This document shows, one piece after another, positions 24,481 through 38,241 of a DNA stretch of 64,000 nt (position 1 is its first letter; each line of letters begins with the position of its first letter). The notes below the pieces were generated by a model, which did not search any database, was not told where the DNA came from, and saw nothing but the letters and a program-made list of their open reading frames with translations. This DNA is from Takakia lepidozioides (taxonomy: Eukaryota; Plantae; Bryophyta): the NCBI GenBank assembly GCA_030704615.1, contig CM060733.1:12152001-12216000 (forward strand), written 5' to 3'. A program made the position numbers and the translations under genes.

Positions 24481-25820
24481 GAGATCAGCCATGTGTATAG
24501 TAGGATGATCAGATCAGCCATGTTAGCTCTCTTTGCTCCACCCGTTAATTCTAGAGGAAAATATGAGTTGTCAATAGGGAGTCACCCAAGTTCGGATCGT
24601 CAATTGCCACATTGCCTAGTACTAAGCAGGAAAACGCAGCCCTAGCTTATCCTTGTAGGGCAATCACCTCCTCCCCTAGACGGGGAGCTCTATGAGGGAT
24701 GGTAAAATGACAATGGGTGTTGGAATATGCCTCTTCATCTGTTGCTAACTTTTTTGGGCCCAGAGTGTTCCTTCGCCTGCCCTGCTGGTTTATTAGAGGC
24801 CAGAGAGATATTCTTGTCGGGTTACAGCTCCCCCGTATGAAAAGCTGTATTCTTAAAGCAAACGTTTCACTTTTTGAGCATAAGGAAATAGCACATCATG
24901 TCAACTGTGTCACAGAGTGTCAAACACTGGCCAATGGAGGAGCTTTGATAAGCATTGTCGTTCAACTTCTTCCCACAGAAAACCCTGTTTAGAGGACCAT
25001 GGGAATGTTGGAAGTTAGAATTGGGTACCACATATTATATGCCTTCTTGGATTTGAAGCTCCTGCCTTGCTGAAGATTACACCGGCTCCAACTGTTTGTG
25101 GCCTCACAAAGCTGGGTGCCTGAGGGTGTGCAAAGTCTGCAGGCAACAACAAATGATCTTGTTCCACTGTCACTTGGCTGTTCATAAGTGGAGCATGCAG
25201 CTGATAAATGTAGGAGGCACTGGACCGATCAACTCTTGTACCAGTTGGATCCGCTATGGTTAGCTTAGGAACACAAAAACCAACCAGTTATGTCCATGAG
25301 CACTGGAACCTGAGGAGAGGGCAGTCTTGCCCATAAGCTATCAAGGGGTACTATTTTGTGGAGTGGGACCAGGATGGTGAGCTTGGGCCAGCCTTATTCT
25401 GTCCCAACTTGCACAGACAGCAGTAGACCAGTTACCTGACTACATAGTCCATTTGGAGCTCCATATCTCTGGTCTATGACCACGCAGCTCCGAGTGTGAC
25501 AACATAATGGTCGCCTTGGGAATGAGTGATCAAAGGTCTGGCGCCATGGAAACCTTCTTGATTGAACTGTGCATTTGTCCGACTTTCGTTGGCCGTTCTG
25601 TACTGTAATTGCAGACGGCCGTTTAACTCTTTACTCATCTGCATTTACAGTCATGGGTGGCATATACAGACTTGAAGTAAAGATTTATTTCAGGCTGAGG
25701 CATCGGTTATCGTGATGATCATGAAGACAAACTTGTTCACAGTTTCACGCCTTTTCTCAAAACTGATGTGCCCGAGGCTTCATCACCTGCAAATTAACTA
25801 CCTAGGACGCCTGACAATGA

Positions 25821-28800
25821 TCAGGGGAATTCTGTCGGAGTGTCCCTTCGCATTGGAGCGCGGTTCTTGCTAAAGTCGAAGTCGGAGGGCACATACTGGA
25901 AGGAGACGGCCTCAGGGTTATAATCAGGACACTCCACAAACTGCACAAGACGACAAGTTCTTAGGAGAGCAGCTCCATTTGTAGTGGTGTGGCTTCTCAA
26001 AGCTCAGGTAGAGAGACGGCGAAGGAATGAAATTATTTTTCTTGTTAACATGAATATGTGGGTCTTCAAGTACTAAAGCATGCGAGTAAAACAACACAAT
26101 AAGTACAACACAGCCTGAGATTTACAGCAGGATAAGGAATCTAAGTAGCATGATGTATTTAAATCTACGCCTCGAGGTAGTGCGAATCCAGGCAAAAGTA
26201 ACCAACGAAGGACAAGCAAATAGTCAGAACCTGAAGGAAAAGGTTGAGAATGCGTTGACGAAGGCCTAGGAGAGACTTGGCAGGCCGGCCCCGGTACATG
26301 AGGTCTGCTTCCCTCTCAATAAGCAGCAATATCTCGCGGGTAAGAGGGCTGTTAAACACTTGCACTGTCCACTTCACGTAGCCCAGCACGCCCATTCTCT
26401 CATCCATGGATTCTACCTCCTCCGCAAGTGCTTTGTACAGCTGATTTTAAGACGTGCACAGGGACCATCATGAGTCTGAATGGAAATTTGTAAGCATTAA
26501 CTTGAACTGACGTAGCTAGCTCAACTGCCAATCTAAGAGCTTCAATCCAAGACTGCTGCATTCCTTTCGATTCGCTCCTCTGTTGCCTACGCATCTTGTC
26601 CAACGTTACCTCGCGTCTGTATCTACTTCTGCCACTTTGTGCCTCAGACTCAACAAGACAGTTGGACCCCAAGTTCTATTTGCACTGAGGAAGACCATTG
26701 TATAGAAGTGTAGCTTCACTATCACCAATTGTTTAATTTTTTTAAATTTTGCAGACAGTGCTGGGAAAACAAAGAGGGACTGTAACCCTAAGGTGTCTGT
26801 TCAAAACCCAGTGATGAAATTGTTTTGCAAACCATCTTATCATCAGGTCCCACGTAAATGAAAGCTGTAACCCCTCTGTTACGAGTTCCTTACAGGGGTT
26901 GTCTGTTTATACTAACTTTAGTAGATTAAGATTCCCCGACTCCTGCAGAAGAGGGATCACATGTATGCAGGCCTACTCGAAAAGTTAAGAAGCTGTTGGG
27001 GTCATTGGTCGACGGGATCCTTACATGGTCTAAATCAGAGGCACGAGCTGTGGCAGGCGTCCGAACATGCACAATGTGGCCATTGGTCATCTCCCAAATT
27101 TTGGGGGCCCCCATCCTCACCATGCTCTTCCCAATTCGATCCTTGCGATTTTCTTTGGCTGCTTTGCTCCGCAACTTGTCAATCGCCTGCAGCAGCCTTA
27201 GCTCCTGCTCTTGTCACATAAAACAGGGAGGCGCCTTAGAACCTCAGAAGCGAAATGATAAGTACTTATAGAGAGGGTTCCCAAGCAGCCCAAAAGGCAA
27301 AACCTTTCCAACCGGAGGCCCAATACTAACTTTGGAGAGGGACAGAAGTGGTAAGAGAGCTTGCAAACGTGAGTCGGGCTGAATTGTTTTGAGGGTCCAT
27401 AATCGCACTGTCGGTACATGACATTCATGATCTATGTGGTTCTTATTAGTGAGGTGAACGCGACCCTCTAGTTTGCATGCAACTTGTAGGCTCCCATAGT
27501 CTAACCAAGTTAAAATCTTGAACGTTCGGATTGACCTCAATGCAGATTGTATAATTTAGCACATGCACACAGTGCAGACACATGTTGACCAAGTTAAAAT
27601 CTCCTTTCTACCAGAAAACTAAATCTTGCTCAACCATTTCAATAGGATCGTATGTACAAGTGCAGATTATCTCTGGCACCCCACCCTTCTTTTTCGAGCT
27701 TTGAATCTACAGGTGTGAAAATTGTGAACTCATCTTTCACATGCAATATGATCTCAATATACGATATCTGGGATACCATTTATTCACCTTCATCAAAAGC
27801 TCTTTGACAACACTCCTGCGGTCGGGGCCCACGGCCCCACTACTAGTTATCTTCTTGAGCTCCTGGCCACCACATTTTCCACATGCCTGTCAACTTGATG
27901 TCCACTTAAAGAGGTCAGTTGGTCAAAATATACGACAAACAATTGAACTTAATAGAACTTAGTTTGAACAGCTCGATGTAAGTTTCTTCAAGATAAATAT
28001 TACCATCTTTAACTGCTGCAGATTGGGATGAAGGATAATTAAAAATACCCCTAGAGAATGGAATTCGTCTTTTATACTTGAGTGAGATGCTGTTTAGAGA
28101 GGGGAGGGACCTTTCACTACACATGACGTTCTCCTTAAAAAAGAGCTTACATATTTTTGAATAGCCCTGAGACATGAACAGACGCACAGAAAGAAGCGAG
28201 CTCAGATCTCAAAAGTATAGTTAAGCTTTCGCGATTCTAGAAGACAGTAGAGTTCAATTCATAAGTAAATGTGGGAAACCTGTAAACGCCAATGCTCAAG
28301 CTCCTGGTAGAGAATCTCAAAGTCTGCCCCGGTACGTGGATTTATACGTCGTTCTATCTCCCAGCGTAAGGTCTTGTCAGCTTCCTCCTTTTTCTTCCTG
28401 TCCTGCTCAGTCCAAAACTGCAGACACAGATGCACACCGAAAGAGCTGGTTGACAAACACGTCATTTGTGTGGCTTCACATGATTTGTAAGATCTTTGTC
28501 CCGAAGAGACAATCTACAGATGTACGTAAATTAGAATCTTACAAGATCTACACTAATCTAAAGTTCATGCATTCTTTCTTAGCGGCACATCTGCAGACGG
28601 CTCTTCACCTTACAGAATCTCTTGATGTCGAATGACTGCATGTTGAGGGCCCCACATTTTTCTTGTATCGTACTTTATTTTGTCCCATAAGCTCTTTGAG
28701 CCTCCCCGTGGACGTCATGAAGTTTTTCTCTCTCTTTCTTTCTTCTAACTCGGAAGCAAGAAACCAATAAACAAGAAATCAAAGCTCGAACAAGTAAAGA

Positions 28801-30295
28801 GATCCGGAACGGATCTGTAACAGGGCAATTCAGTTGATTTCTGACCCTTATCTTGCAGATCTGGAGATCTTCAACCTGCTTGAACATCAGTCTTTTGCTA
28901 CATACTGGCCAGACACGTTGACCACTCCATTATACAAACATGTACTCAAAGAACCAGTGAGAATAGAACGATGTGATTCAACTTGGACCACATTTCTTTG
29001 AAATGCTGCCTAATGCAAGACACCCCTAGAAGTTGCACCATTTATGTTGCTTATGACTACGTCGACAGGTCTAGTATTTCTGAAGTCAGCTGACTGATAA
29101 GCTGCGAGTCACCGGAACTCCGTTGAAAGTCCAAGCAGAATGAGAACAGATTTTTGCACCATTTGAAAAGTTGAAGTCAGAGGCTGCAATACAAACCTCC
29201 TTCTTCTCTCTTGCGTATTGCCTGATCCGTTCAGCAGTACGTTGGGCAATCTCCCGACGCGTGTACCTTTGAATGACGATGGCTGCCCTTCTGCGCTCTT
29301 CCGCCCATTGGTCTGAGTCCTTGTAAGGGCCTGGGATCCGGTAATAACCAAAGCTGTTGTCGATCACCACTCCATTCATGTCCAACGCTACAAAAGTCTC
29401 GTTCTTGTCCATGTGTGTGAAGCCCTCCCTTATTGTCTGCTTGTTCTGGTTCTTCATTTCTGATTTCTGTGTTTCACGTGTGATCATCAATGGCCACACC
29501 TTCGGTGGTCTTGGCGGCCATGGAATACTCGTCTGGGCGGTAGCGTTCAAGTACCTCGTTCCTACACAAGTTTATTTTTCCCTTGAATTCGCAGGATCTG
29601 TGGGTCCACATATGGAAGGAGGATGGAAATGAATTGTACAAGTTTCACAACGGCCGCATCCTGGTAACTTTCGAAGAAAAATTTCTGGACAATGTTCTGT
29701 TGGACATATCTCTGTGCAGGCAGTCAATCTATAGCAGTGGTGTCCGTGATGGACTCGAAGCTTGAAAAGCATATACATGTATGATCACCAGAGAGATTCG
29801 AGGGGAAAGAGATACAGAGCTAGAAAAGAGATGGACGGAAATGAAAAAAAAAAAACAATTTACTGTATACGACGTCTGGACAGAAGAAGCCCAAAGCACT
29901 TACGAGACAATCTTGAGGACTTACAAGACACGAAACAATCTAGCAGCATAGTACGAGAACTGTATGTACAGCGGATTACCATATCTTACGTCCCGATAGC
30001 CCCCACGATACGGCAGCGCTTTCTCTTCCGTACGGTCAACATACACTGTCAACAGTCTGGACATCTCGCCTTCTCTCTCCACATTGATCAGCATACCTTC
30101 AGCAGTCCCTGAAGCCTCACCTTTCTGGTGGACACTGACGTCAATCACAATAGGATCAGGAGACATTGGGCGCATGTCCAAAGTCAGTGGCACACGAGTT
30201 GCTGATGGAGAGCCTGGTGAAGCTGTTGATGATGAGGGTACAGATGAGGCTGTCGATGGTCCAGCTTCAAGACTTGCAGGTTTCTGGTCTGCCAT
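25821..30295 (-). CDS. IQUB: IQUB-like ciliary radial-spoke-associated protein, multi-exon
   Basis: PYRGGYRD..YLNATAQT; ITRETQ; IQ motif AAIVIQRYTR; ERRINPRTGADFEILYQELEHWRLQ; LRQRILNLFLQFVECPDYNPEA. Confidence 0.85.
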
Positions 30296-32371
30296 TTTAG
30301 TGGATTCTCCCGTATTCGGATACTCTAGATATTCACTTGAGATCAATGTTAAATGTCGTGCACCCTTTTAATTCTATATTGTGTCGTTCAGGACAAATGT
30401 GTTCCTCTCATTTGCAGTCCCCATCAATTGACCGAAAGGTCACAGTCCTCGAGGGGTCAACTGGTCATTCTGGACATCTCCATTTTAGAAGTCACATGTC
30501 TGATCATGAAGTAGCTGAGTTAAATTCAAAATTTTGGATCTGTCTTTTCAGCTCACCACTTCTGGAACTCCATCAAAAATTGTCCAGAATGATCTGTCGA
30601 GCGCATGTATTGTTCTTCAGGCGCATTTGCAGTGGTCTGACCTTTAAGCAAGCGACATATTTTTCTGAGCCATCCATGATGATAATTCTGTTCTCCGGCA
30701 AGCAAAAACGCCAACTGTGCTGGGGTTAGCCAAACAGGTGGTCGACATCATGAGATACACCGTCCCTGAACTAAGTCCAGGCACCATCAGCAGATCATGA
30801 AACATAAAGGTGCCAGAGCTCTAGGACTTTTCTCGATCCAAGTTTCAAGAGTCGTAGCACTCGTTATTTTGTTTAGAGTGCTTCTAGAAAGTTATAAAAT
30901 GTAATTGAAGAGAGAAGGAGACTGTAGCCTCTACCTCAACCTCTACCTAGCCTCTACCTCTACCTCCGATGCTGGTCTTCTATGCTAAGGTGCTGAGGTA
31001 CTGTCGAGGTTGGGCTATTCTTTAGGGCATTGCAACCAAGGTGTTGGACCAGGACAGTTGAGATAGTAGATGCTGTTTCATGAATGCAAACAACAATGTC
31101 CCCAGCTCACAGATCATAATCTTGATGCAGATCAACCAATTTGAACAAAGCAAATTATATCTACCTGGCCAAGATTTGTGAAAAGGAGATCGAGATCTAC
31201 AGCCAATAACTAGCCATTTCCCGTTTGTACAGTACTAAAGCATCAACTTTTGATTGTACAATAGTCAATTGACAAGGACGTGAACAACCTCTCCATAGAA
31301 GACCTCAAATGTACTACAGGTGCCTGCAGATCACAAGACAAACTTAAGCCTTCAGGATTCCTTGATTAATAAAACGACCGTGGCGCAGACCGAACCCGAT
31401 CCGGAGGATCATCTCCAGGGAACGAATCGATCAGAATTTCCACCATCTAGGAATTGAGTCCTTCATGTGAAAATAATCCTTTTCAAGAACTATAAGACTC
31501 AAATCCTCCCTGTAATGACTTCGAATCTTGATTATGATATCAAACAACATCGACAAATGCCATGTAAAACGACAAAGGATTTTGCAATCTTTGAGGGACG
31601 TTAAATCCATACCTTATGTATGTATTGAAATTTATGTCTCACCACAACATCTCCAGCACCACAACATCAACGGATCGGATTGGGGAAGCACTGCAGTATT
31701 CCTTCTCAAACCTAAGTTACCCTCTCTAAGAAATTCATCGATGAGCATTGCCGATGATGCCACGAGCCAACTCCATGCCTTGCCACGGCATCCTGTGCAC
31801 AATGCCAATGTTACAAACTGCTTTATTCCTTGATCTACACAAACCTCAAGTCACAACCTTGAGACGACAGTCAACACATTCTCAAAAACAGAGGCACCAG
31901 AATATACTTGCTGGCCACAATTCTCGAAATTCCATTCTGGAGGCTGAGAGAAGGAGAGACGAAATGAAGGTGTTGGTGCAGAAATGCTTGGCAGAGAGAG
32001 TGGTCCCCGCAGGCATTTTTCATACCTGTAAATCAGGAAGACGGGGATCATTTAACCCACTCCAAAGCGTGGAGCACACTCGGTAAAAACCAGACTAAAC
32101 CGCTCTCTGTTACCCTACCTGCTAAAACTTCCCCTGCACCACCATTTGGCTGTCTGGTTTGGCGACATTTGTGCAGGAGTATAGTTGTTACCATTGTTCG
32201 CATAAATTGTGTAGTTGGGTAGAAACACTTTCATGGTGCACCAAGTTGGATAAAATGTAATAACTTTCTGTACTTTTAACCTATGAAGTCATGTAATACC
32301 TTTCATAGAGGATAAAGTCTTAATGTCCAGTGAATTTACAGAGCCCATTTAAGGGCCCGTGGACAGGTTGA

Positions 32372-32436
32372 AGGATTGAACCCAGGATCACTTCGGTTAT
32401 GCACAGGCAAGGCACAAATATCCAACCACTGGGCTA
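32372..32436 (-). mobile_element. tRNA-like SINE head
   Basis: Reverse complement GTAGCCCAGTGG...GGGTTCAATCC (A and B boxes), no cloverleaf. Confidence 0.5.
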
Positions 32437-33823
32437 CCTGCTCAAGTGCAGAAAGGAAGTTTAAAATTTGTTTGAAAAAAAAAGAAAAAAATCACCATTG
32501 AAAAGTGGGGAGAGTCTGCCCAATACACCACAGCCTGGAGGACACAACAAGTTACAGAAACAAACATGGTTTCAGAAGTAGCCACATTGTCAGTAAACTA
32601 AGTTAGTAACCTCTGATGGGTAACAGATGGGGAATGCTGTCTGAAGATGTGATGGTTGCAAATGTAATGATGCTTTGAGCTTTAGACATGCTGTCACAGC
32701 GCAAGTCCCTTCCCATTGCAAACACAACTTATTCAATATATGCAAACAATTGGGATTGCAAACACATGCATCCGTTCCACATGGATTCCACTGCATTCTT
32801 CTAAAGAATCCAAAACTAATAACTGCGACCACTCTGGGGTTGTTCACATGCTTTTAACAGGTAAAAGGAGATGCCTGAAGTATGCAAACCATATTCTGTG
32901 TGCACGGTGGATATCTGGCTGTGTAAAGCTCATTTCCTTTGCTAGACTTTGTGGCGATGGGATTTGGGGGATCTCACAATTCGAATCCAATCACTCTTTA
33001 CTGGATGTCATATACAGCACGCTCAATCAACTCAGGACATAGTTACACTTGTTCGGGAGTGGGGAGAGCCTGCAGAGGACCCTGAGTTAGGGGGGAACAG
33101 GTTGATTGGGCAATTCCCTTACCCACCCTTATCGCCTTTGACTGGATTCTATTTTGTTGCAAATCCTTGCACCACCAAGATGTCAAATGAAGACACATGG
33201 ATACAATGAGAACTAAGTGCAAAGGATGACCTCCATTCAATGAACTCAATATTTCACTGCCAAATGGAATTTAGAACCCCCTAACATGTTGCAATATTAC
33301 CAAGTACTTTTTTTTTCCTCACAAGGGAACCCTGGGGGCCACAGCTCACAATTTGGGCCGACGCAGATCAATCCTCAATCCATGGAAAAGAAGATAGAAC
33401 TACCATATTACAAGGAGAAGGGCATCTCAATCTCCAATGTATCATGTGCAAGTCTAGGATTCCTTGTGAAGCTAAGTCTATAATTGCTAGGCTGCATTCA
33501 ATTAACTGAAAATTTACAATCTGTCGAAGTTTTGATGCACCACACCTCCATAGCTCAGAAACGCAACAGTGGGGGAGAGGTTCCTTAGGAACTTCCGAAC
33601 ACACACGAGGCGTTCAAAGCAAGGTGTCAAAAGAGACCTATTGGGTCAAGAGACATACTCTCCACAAAGTTAAGTAACAGGCAGGGCAACTTGTAGCGCA
33701 GCAACACATGCGATCCCCCCCTAAACTGAGGTTTTCTTATAGATATGTATGTACAGTAAAACTTTATGCACGGGGTACTCGAAGTAAAAGCAAGTTGACC
33801 TTCCCAGACCTTTTCCAGCACTC

Positions 33824-36800
33824 TCATTTGAGAGCTTTGAGGATGATGCAGCATGATGTCCACACTGCCATGGAGGCTGCTCGAATCACAACAGGATTCT
33901 TGTAGATCCTGCCCCATAAGACATGGACCAAGCAACATTGATCTGTAAATCCCATAAAAATACAACTACCGATCATCAAATTCAAGTCCTTATGACCACC
34001 TCACAAATTGAAGTTAGTCAAGAGCTATTTTTCTACTATCCATCTGCCGTTGAGTTTGTGATTGACAAGGACAATGGTAATTGGTACATCGTATGCTCAG
34101 AAAGTATACTTGACAAGGTCCTAGATACAATTTCCTTGTGAGAAAAATTGGCATGCCATTAAATCATCACAGAAATGCATTTAAAAGTCAGCCCGAGATC
34201 CTGGAGTTCCAAACTTGGTAGATGGTAAGGAATCTCACCCCACTGCAGTGGCACCCCACGACGCAGTAGTGTAGATGAATTTCCCAGTTTTCCACATATT
34301 CTGGAACCTGCCCTTCTTCTCAACCTTGGCGAAAGCTTGTGTCATTGCTGCTTCCATAACACCCACACACCCTTGTCAACTCACAACATGGTTTACTTAT
34401 CACAGTTCACCAGGGACTACACATATACATGCAGTGCACTGCGGTTAACCACATGGACAACTCCTGTGTGCCCTACCTGTGGTGCACCTATGGTGGTAGT
34501 CACCTATCAAGCACGGTCTGCTGATGAGGCACCTGAGACTATACTCCTGTTGTGCACATCCTGTCACTTGGACACCGCTGTGGTACTGAGCCCAGGTCTA
34601 GTGTTCACCTAGGCTCAATATATGCCACGCAGTGTAGGGCATCCTAGCAGAGTGGGCCAGCCATAAAGGCAAACATTTGCGTGGTGCACTGCAAGCATTG
34701 AGGATGTGAATATGAATCTAGGTAAGATCGACACCTTGACTATTTTCCTGTGAATATTGGCTAAGACATCACCCCTTAGGCCAAGTTCCCCAGAACAGCC
34801 CAAAACTACCATATTTCTTCAGCATAGCCCAGAAAAATCCAGCATGAGAAGCCTAGCATTGCTTCAAAACGTTGAAGAGAGAGAAAGAGTGACAGAAAGA
34901 AAGAGAAAGCTCCCAGTGCAAGCAGAACTTGATGCACAGATGGGAAGGAGAAAATTGAAACAAGTTGGATGCAACACAAGAATAAGAAAGGCTTCACATT
35001 GCAACCTACCTTTTTCCAGCTCCTGTGGACTCAAGTTCTGTCAATGCAACAAGAGAACAAACACAGCCTAGCATTTGTTAGCACCACAACAGTTGATAGG
35101 ACATGCACCTCAGACAAGTGAAAAGGGCTTGAAATACAATCAGGATAAAGAACTCAATTCGAAACTGGGTAGTGCACCAAGACTTTGGGTGACAATCTAT
35201 AGAAAATAGCGACTGCTACATCGTACCATAGTACAGTTGAAGTCAGGAAAACAGTGCAACACCATAACAAAAACCTACATTACTTCTGAGCTGCTTTGCC
35301 TCCAGATGGTATCATGGCCTTTCTTACACCACAATCTACTTGTAGTTGTTGGGTAAAGAAGGTGGAAAAAGGGAGGCAGAAGGAACATTGTTTCATGAGC
35401 TGCAATTCCTTGGAGTCGCAGGACACACTGGAGCCCGCAATCAAAACAAAAGCTTTGACAACCTTTGTGCAGGACTGCTAGCTCTCTCACAATCATTGGT
35501 GTCCCTTTTCCAGCCTCCACTCAAGTACACTATTGCCCAAACACAAGCGACATTATATAGGACCAGGGTAGAATGGAGGGAGACACAGCCGGATTCATTC
35601 ACAGTCCCCTGTGAAAGTTGGCTATAATGTGCCCTTCAGGACGTAGTCCCACAGGAAGGGGGTTCTTGGGTTTTGGTCCAACAGGGAATGAGACAAAAAA
35701 CCAACTTGCCTTAGAGCTTATGAACTGAAGTCCAATTACCGAGGATTGAGAGTTGTTTGATATGCAGGCTCTTGTACTCTCTACCTCTTACTAGAGAGTA
35801 TGAAGTCCATTCAGCAGAAATTTGCAGCTCCCAACTGACAGTTCATTTGGAATAGGCATAGCTCCTCAAAGGCTGTTGCCATATCCGGAAAATAGTCCCA
35901 AACATATGTGTAACATCAAATTGAGATTGTGTGAGAGAGGATTTCAGATGTGCTAGAAAACTGTACAAAAATTCTCGGGTTGTCTAACTTTGGACCTCAA
36001 TGTCCAAATCTACTGAAGCAGGTCCAAACCCGAAAACAACATTGACTGGAGCAAGCGAAATGAAAAAGAAATGTTTTGCAACAAGAATCAAAGTTGTACC
36101 TTTGCCTGGGGCACTGCGGAGATGTAGTGGGCTATGTAATTTGCAATGCTATCCACAATATCCTCCTGGTTGACCAAAACATAGCCATCAGAGTCCCACG
36201 CATCGTGGACCTCAGTGGGCTCCCCCCAGACCACATTGTTTTCCGAAAGCCATAGCCACCAGTTGGGGTCATGCACATCAGCCTTTACAAACATGTCCTC
36301 TGTATTAACACCATATCCACACTGAGGTATAAGAACTCCAGCATACCCAACTTACTGTTGAAAAAGGTCATTTTATAGCAAAGGCTGTTGTGATACTGTT
36401 GAGCCATTCCGACTCCACAGAGAGAATTCCTTTCAAGGTGGCAGAGATTATAACAGACAACAAAACCTCCAGAAAATAAGTGGCAAAGCATTAACCTTCT
36501 TTTGTCATCGTTTCACCCAATGCTTTCTCATCGGCAAGCGCTGGAAGTGTCCTTAGCTTTTCAATGAATGCAGGAGATGCCACTCTCTTCCTCACTTGTT
36601 CAAACAACTGTCACACCCCATACCCACGAGTTAGTATGGAACCTTGGGTGCACTACCCATTCCAAAAGCTCGGACCTGCCCACCTTCTCCAGAAGGCTTT
36701 GGCCCATTCCATCAGCATGTAAAGGCCAGGAATGATGGTACACCATGGACAGGCAGCTCCGACGCTAGAAAGTGCCAACTGAGAGCTTCCAAAATAGGTC

Positions 36801-37490
36801 AGGACAATCCTCGCCCCAGGGCACCTCCGAGCCAAAAAAGTCTATGCGAGTGTCCGCTTGTGAGATGGGGCCTATTGAGTCCTAGAGCATTCACCTTGAA
36901 ATTCTGAAGATGGCTTTGCACATTAACTATTTTGATTTAGGCTTAACATATTCTTGCTTCTTCATCTGGATTCTTAGAACCGCATAAAGCTATGTGAACC
37001 CCCTGAACAGTCATGAAAGGTGAAGACTTAAAGAGCCTACGCTAGACTATGGGGAAGAAAAAAGGTGAGACTCCAAACTCCGCACCATGCGGCAACTGGC
37101 CTTCTATAACTGAGCAGAATCCGCCCGCAAGGCACTCCAGCCCAAAATCTAAGAAACGATTAGTCTGACAATCTACCACTTGAAACTAGCACACGGATAG
37201 TACATAAACCATACTAAAACACTTACATCCGTGAAGCACTCAGCAGGAAGATCCCCCTTCTGCGTACTCTGATTTTTCAAACGCAGGAATGTTTGCTCAT
37301 ACATAGCTATGGTGGCTCGCAACCGCATATTTTCCTTTCGCTGCAGATCCAATTCTCCTTCAGCCTCGACGCACTCCAATCTCTTTGCTTTACGGCCAAA
37401 GTACTCATGACGCAATTCTAAAGCTCCCATTGCAAATTCTGCCATCTCTCCCACGGCCACCGCCATCTCCACCCCATGAGCCCCCACCAT
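33824..37490 (-). CDS. Conserved plant protein of unknown function (N-terminal coiled coil, C-terminal hydrophobic helix), multi-exon
   Basis: Exons MVGAHGVEMAV..ECFTD; LFEQVRKRVASPAFIEKL; DPNWWLW..DGYVLVNQEDIVDSIANYIA..PQAK; MWKTGKFIYTTASWGATAVG (34239-34347); IYKNPVVIRAA..ILKALK*. Confidence 0.8.
34388..34612 (+). other. Intronic antisense ORF with TFIIS/RPB9/RPA12/RPC11-type C-terminal zinc ribbon
   Basis: CPTC-x9-QARSADE-x8-CTSC at 34469-34564. Confidence 0.6.
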
Positions 37491-37887
37491 CGGTGTGCCT
37501 TTCCAAGTCCGAGCCTCTTATCTCTCAGGCACCTTTGAATTAGTATCCCTTTCTCTACACCACCGTTGTCATTCTTTCACGAACCCAACCCCTCTCCTAC
37601 CGTCCTCTCGATCATCCACCTCGTCTGCTCCCCAACAACTTCCGCCCTCCCCCACCGTCCCCCCCCCTTCTCTCTCTCTGAGGGTTTTAGGGATAGGGTT
37701 CCCTGCAGACCCTTCAGCAAAGGTTCCCTCGACGAGGGGTCGCACCACAGAACGGCGAACATCGACCCTAAAAGAAAAAGTAAGTACGACGCCTCCCCAA
37801 GGGGGCGTAACTAATGGTGTCACTTCGCCACAAGGGTAACTGCCTTCCAGCTGGAACGTGGACACCTTCATGACACACCAAACCGTG

Positions 37888-37943
37888 GTTTGAACCCACA
37901 ACCACATCCAACGTGGTATGTGCGCATTACCACTGGGCTACAT
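37888..37943 (-). mobile_element. tRNA-like SINE head
   Basis: Reverse complement GTAGCCCAGTGGTAA...GGGTTCAAAC. Confidence 0.5.
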
Positions 37944-38241
37944 GCTGGTTGTCTCGACCCTCAATATGCGTGCCCGTTAAGTTCCTTCCTTCCTTGGCTG
38001 GCTCTCACAATTTTTATTTTTTTCTAATTTGAAAGGTCAGGCCCTTTAAATCGTATTAATAAAGGAAGGTGCCTTCGAAAAAATAACCAAGGCTGGATGC
38101 CATAAGGCGCAAGCGATGGGGTAAGTAACACAGGAACCACTCACCGGGCGTTAAGTACTACCAGAAATTTTGTAGTGTATTTGGACGTCTACTTATACAG
38201 GTGAATATTCGAGGCACGTCCCGATAGGGCGTTACGTACTA

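Noticed and set aside
30400-33600. Short ORFs between IQUB and the next gene
   Set aside because: No recognisable motifs or consistent exon chain; probably UTR, intron or intergenic
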